A stretch of 64,000 nucleotides of DNA, from contig OZ281500.1 in assembly GCA_965637545.1 (NCBI GenBank), positions 4,526,001 to 4,590,000 on the forward strand. The letters are read 5' to 3'. Under the pieces are notes generated by a model. It had not been told where the DNA came from. It was given only the letters and a program-made list of their open reading frames with translations, and made no database searches. Positions 60,001 to 64,000 of this stretch are shown one piece after another (position 1 is the stretch's first letter; the number at the start of each line of letters is the position of its first letter). The position numbers were made by a program, and so were the translations under genes. The DNA comes from Phallusia mammillata. Its lineage: Eukaryota.

Positions 60001-61855
60001 TTATTGTTTTTCTTCTATCTGAACAGGCTTTGTTCTTTGTTGTTGTTTTTTTATAGTGTATGTTTAGAATGTTAAACCCGTTTTTTTAGTTTTTTGGCCT
60101 TTGCACTACTTACATACATTTTCGTTGGCACCTAGAAGATATAAAATACTTTACATATTTATGTGAGCAATACTTACACCAAACATGCTCATTTAGTACC
60201 AAGCAACTGAACTAACATTTGCCTTAAGCTATTTACAAAATTTACCTTTTTGTTACAGATAACGTATCTTGCCCAAACATTAGCAATGCAAATGCTTCAG
60301 TTAAATCAGCCAGATGGTCCCCTGTACCTTACCCTGAGGTTTTGTCAACTGCACAAGTTAAATGTAATCCTGGCTTCAATCCTACCTACAATCAGTATCT
60401 GACCTGCGAGCCTGGTGGAAAATGGTCACGCCAACCCAGGACTTGTATTGGTGTGTGATTGTTTTGTGTGTACCATGTGAAGTTTTGCTTTTAAAGAATA
60501 GGCTTGAGTAAAGAGCCAATTACATTGTGGGGAGTTTTAACAAAATTTGGATATAATGAGTCAGTTTTTGACTCCTATGATTTAATATGTGGTATTTATA
60601 AACTACTGCTAAATATTTTATCCTCTACTTGTGTCAGGTCTCTAAATGGGCCTTAAAATTGTATTATTGTAAAAGTAAATGTAAACCATACAAGAGCGGA
60701 TTTTTCATATGGGATGCATTGAAAACTCGTTGTTGATATATATTTCACCCCTTTAACAAATCAAAAAATCCATCTTAAGAAACCGTAGTCGGTCTTTCGT
60801 CAGGAGTCATAGTTGAACCGTTCTGGTTTAACAATCCTTGCACGCTTCGACTTTCGTGTACAGGCTAAAGTTTATTGCAACGTAGTTTTCCTACCTGAAA
60901 ATTACAAATTATTAAAATTACAAATTATACAAATTATTTCTGTATGTTGAATAAGACTAATATTAAAGCAAACAGTTTTGTATTACACCAGAACGACCGA
61001 AGTGTCCCGTTCATCCGCCAATAATGAATGGTACGCTATCAGCGACACAGACCCACGTTGGACAAGGCATTCAAGTTGTCTGTGATGATGGATATGTCCT
61101 TGCAGGCAGTTCCCACATTGCTTGTCGACAACGTGGTAAATTTGGGTATTGGAGTCTTTCACCAAGTTGCCGAAAGGTATAAAACATTATATCAGAGTAC
61201 TACAAATTGATTAGACAACGAAAATAATATCAAAGATACTTGAGGGCAGTGGTTCTCAAACTCGGTTTTCGGGGCCGCATGCGGCTCCCAACTACTTACT
61301 ATCCGGCTCGCACCAGACCTCAGAAAACTACCAAACATTGCTATTTTAGCTTTCAAAGTGCTATTTTAGCTTTCAAAGTTCTAAAACCCAAAAGTGCAAA
61401 CCCGTTTAGGCCCGAAAGTTTGATTGATTATACTTGAAAAAAAGAAAAGTACGGCTGTATATTCCTGTAAAAAGTACGGCTGTACACAATATAAAAAGAC
61501 ATTGACAGCGACCTAAACAAGACGTTTTAAGTCTGTTTTTGCATTAGGTTAAGTCCAGAAACTAGGTTTTTTGTTGTTTATTTAAACTACCGGCACAGAA
61601 AAGTCAGGAAAAAACTTCCCAAACCTGTCCAACTCAATGGTTGATAGGCTCTGTCTTACACCCTTGCCTAAAAAATAAAAGCAAATCCTACTGATTTCAT
61701 AGATTCCTGAGGTTACTGAGTCTCCTGAGCTTCCTGAGCTGCCTTCTCTTGAAACTGTTGTAGTCCCAGCAACGGGACTGAACTTCGTGCCACCCGCACT
61801 TCCACCACTTGGGGGTTTTGCACCTCCAAATCTTCCTTTATCGCCACCTGAATAA
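57084..61855 (+). CDS. Secreted 8xCCP (sushi) protein with a Pro/Glu-rich C-terminal tail (10 exons)
   Basis: Signal exon 57084-57132 (MKRHLALLLFLINIWR), then eight exons each with one CCP (C..P...G...F.C..G....G...C...G.W...P.C). The last exon IPEVTESPELPELP...LSPPE* has its TAA inside an AATAAA. Confidence 0.92.
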
Positions 61856-62382
61856 AGCCCCGAACTGGACCATAAAGTGATTAAAGGAGTCTCTACAAAT
61901 AAGATTTGATGCTTGTGTTACACTCGTCGTTTTCGCCATTAAACCATACTTAACTGCGGCAAATGCTTGTTATGTTGTTTTTTTTCAACACGATCTCTTT
62001 CCTTTTGTTTAGGCACTTTTTTACAAATTTAAACAATACGAGAAAGAAAGTAGCAGCCTGTATCTTGCATTTATCTGTAACTTTTATTTCTGTTTCAAGC
62101 AAAGCAGCTGGGGACGAATCAAATTCTAAAATGTTATTAAATTGTTTTGGTCGAAATGTATGCCGTTTTGGGTCCGCATGATCGATCGTAATCACAAACA
62201 TGCGCAAATTTAAAATAGTTGGCTAGATCATGTTGAACAAAATGTAGGCTATTATTATTGTAAATGTCGTGAAACCAGCCGCCGTGTATTTTCATCGTTA
62301 CAAAATACCAGTTTAGTTACTGTCAATCAAATTTGTCCCTTGCCTTGTTTGATTAACGTAGGGTTGGTGACAGCCTTGCGTA

Positions 62383-62552
62383 CATGGGCGTTCGCAGGAA
62401 AAAAAATACAGGGGAGGGCAAACTATCATCTGACAGTGATACTTTTTCTTGCCAATCCCAATGTAGCAAAGTGGTGTAATAAACACAATATTAACTATTA
62501 AATTATGTGGTAGGCACGCGCCTCCTCTGGCCCCCCGCTGCGGACGCCCATG
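62383..62552. mobile_element. Small hAT-like MITE
   Basis: TIRs catgggcgttcgcag / ctgcggacgcccatg with an exact 8-bp TSD cttgcgta. Confidence 0.85.
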
Positions 62553-64000
62553 CTTGCGTACCATGTCCAGCTTGCATAAAGGTTTGTGTTTTAAGTAGCA
62601 ATTATTGTAAGACTGGCATTCGGTATTAAGGGATAGCTTAGCGACCACTGGAGGTAGGAAACGATAATTGTATTTCGGGCAGCGGCGCCAAAGAGTCAGA
62701 CCCAACTAGACGAAAGAAAAATTCTGGGGCATTCAAAGAAGGGTAGATTTCTGAACAACACAATAAACCGCGTTTGGGGGACGATTCAATGCCATGCCAC
62801 AAGCCAACAAATTGTAATCACCTTTATCAATGGCTAACACTTGATTGCATTCGGATAGTTCTAATCTTTGATAACAATAACCACACAATTTGAGGGTCAG
62901 GAGTTTGGGAACAAAGACCAACGGAATTACATCACAAACAACGTGCATGACTTCTTGACCATCGTCTGGCTAAATGGAACATGTTAAAAACGTTAATAAA
63001 ACTACTCCTATACCTTACACAGCGTTGCTTTTTGGATCTTTTAAAAACTTTCTTCTGTGTGGTTCAACTTATACTGCTTGTCAATATGCCAGGACATGAC
63101 TGAGCTTTTTGCTAATTCGACTGTTAAAGTCACCCAAGTTGCATGATGTAAGAGTTCAGCCAAAAGTTATAAGCGATTGTTTTTCAATTTAAATTCTTCA
63201 TCACGGTTTGTCATCATACTGTTCTGCCTATTATTTCTATTAAATCCCCAAATGGAAAAACTGTCCTGACTTCGAACCTAAGCAACACAAAATAAACTAT
63301 TTTTAGCTCCTGCTAGTTCGAAATCAACATAAATTACATCATAGTGAACCTATAGACATTAGCATTTTCACGGAACGTCCAGTCGGTTCAGTCACGATGC
63401 AGACTTTGCCAACCCCAATCTCCAGCCAACCCCTTGCTGAATATAGTCGTTTAGCTGCGTGGTGAGACATTTGCGCTAGAAAAACATTATGTCATGTCTT
63501 GATAACTTGTTTACGGTACTCGTGTATTCACATTACGCAAAAATGCATGCGATGGCCGTTAAGTGGATGTGCTACCAAAAAAAGTTGATTGCAAATTATG
63601 TTCGCGCTTTTAACAGCGTCAACGCGTATTTTGGGAACTTGATTTGGAGAGGATTCAAACGGTTAAGGACTACAGCGCGATTGAACTATGACACGCGTGC
63701 TTCCATATAATAGGCAGGAAGACATAAAAAGCTTGTTTCTTCAGAGTCTGTTGAAAGTTTAGGAATAAATAGTGCATATGCTTATGCTGAAAAAACAACA
63801 ACAACAAATATTGTAGATTTCAAAGGCATATATATGCGTTGTAAGCTGTTCGATTTGCCAAATACTGCTTTGCTGAAACTAAGTTTTATTTTTATCGGCG
63901 CTTTTAAGTAACATCTAAATGTTTTGTGCCAGCTTGGTGCAAATGAGAAAATTGAAGTTGTTGAAACTACTTTTTGTTGTACGTATGGTATGCCCCTACA

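Noticed and set aside
62313-62705. 130-aa minus-strand ORF
   Set aside because: Runs through the 62383-62552 MITE; a chance chimera.
62733-63480. Exon-like minus-strand segments (…RGWLEIGVGKVCIV…, faintly PH/RanBD-like)
   Set aside because: I could not assemble a phase-consistent open chain; it may be a pseudogene or a gene continuing beyond the window.

Overview
AT-rich, intron-containing eukaryotic DNA, most likely an ascidian (tunicate). This is inferred from the ascidian-type muscle actin N-terminus and the secreted CCP/CysD domain repertoire; the species cannot be fixed from sequence alone. I assembled nine spliced genes by hand from GT-AG junctions with consistent phase. Six consecutive minus-strand genes come first: (1) a secreted ShK + carboxylesterase + cholinesterase-type WAT-tail protein, (2) a stand-alone linker-SH2 protein, (3) PGLS, (4) NUP37, (5) a secreted three-finger + 6xCCP + degenerate vWA protein and (6) a muscle actin. 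These are followed by a plus-strand 8xCysD + trefoil mucin-like gene, a minus-strand two-exon TMEM87/GOST-like gene and a plus-strand 8xCCP gene. Many non-autonomous transposons are present (hAT, MULE-like, Harbinger, Tc1, tRNA-SINE-like). The most notable non-coding signals are a minimal Penelope-type hammerhead ribozyme motif at about 54.8 kb, a triplicated and apparently structured element at 12.5-14.1 kb, and a roughly 1.5 kb purine/pyrimidine-skewed tract in an actin intron. No database searches were run; family names come from motif recognition.
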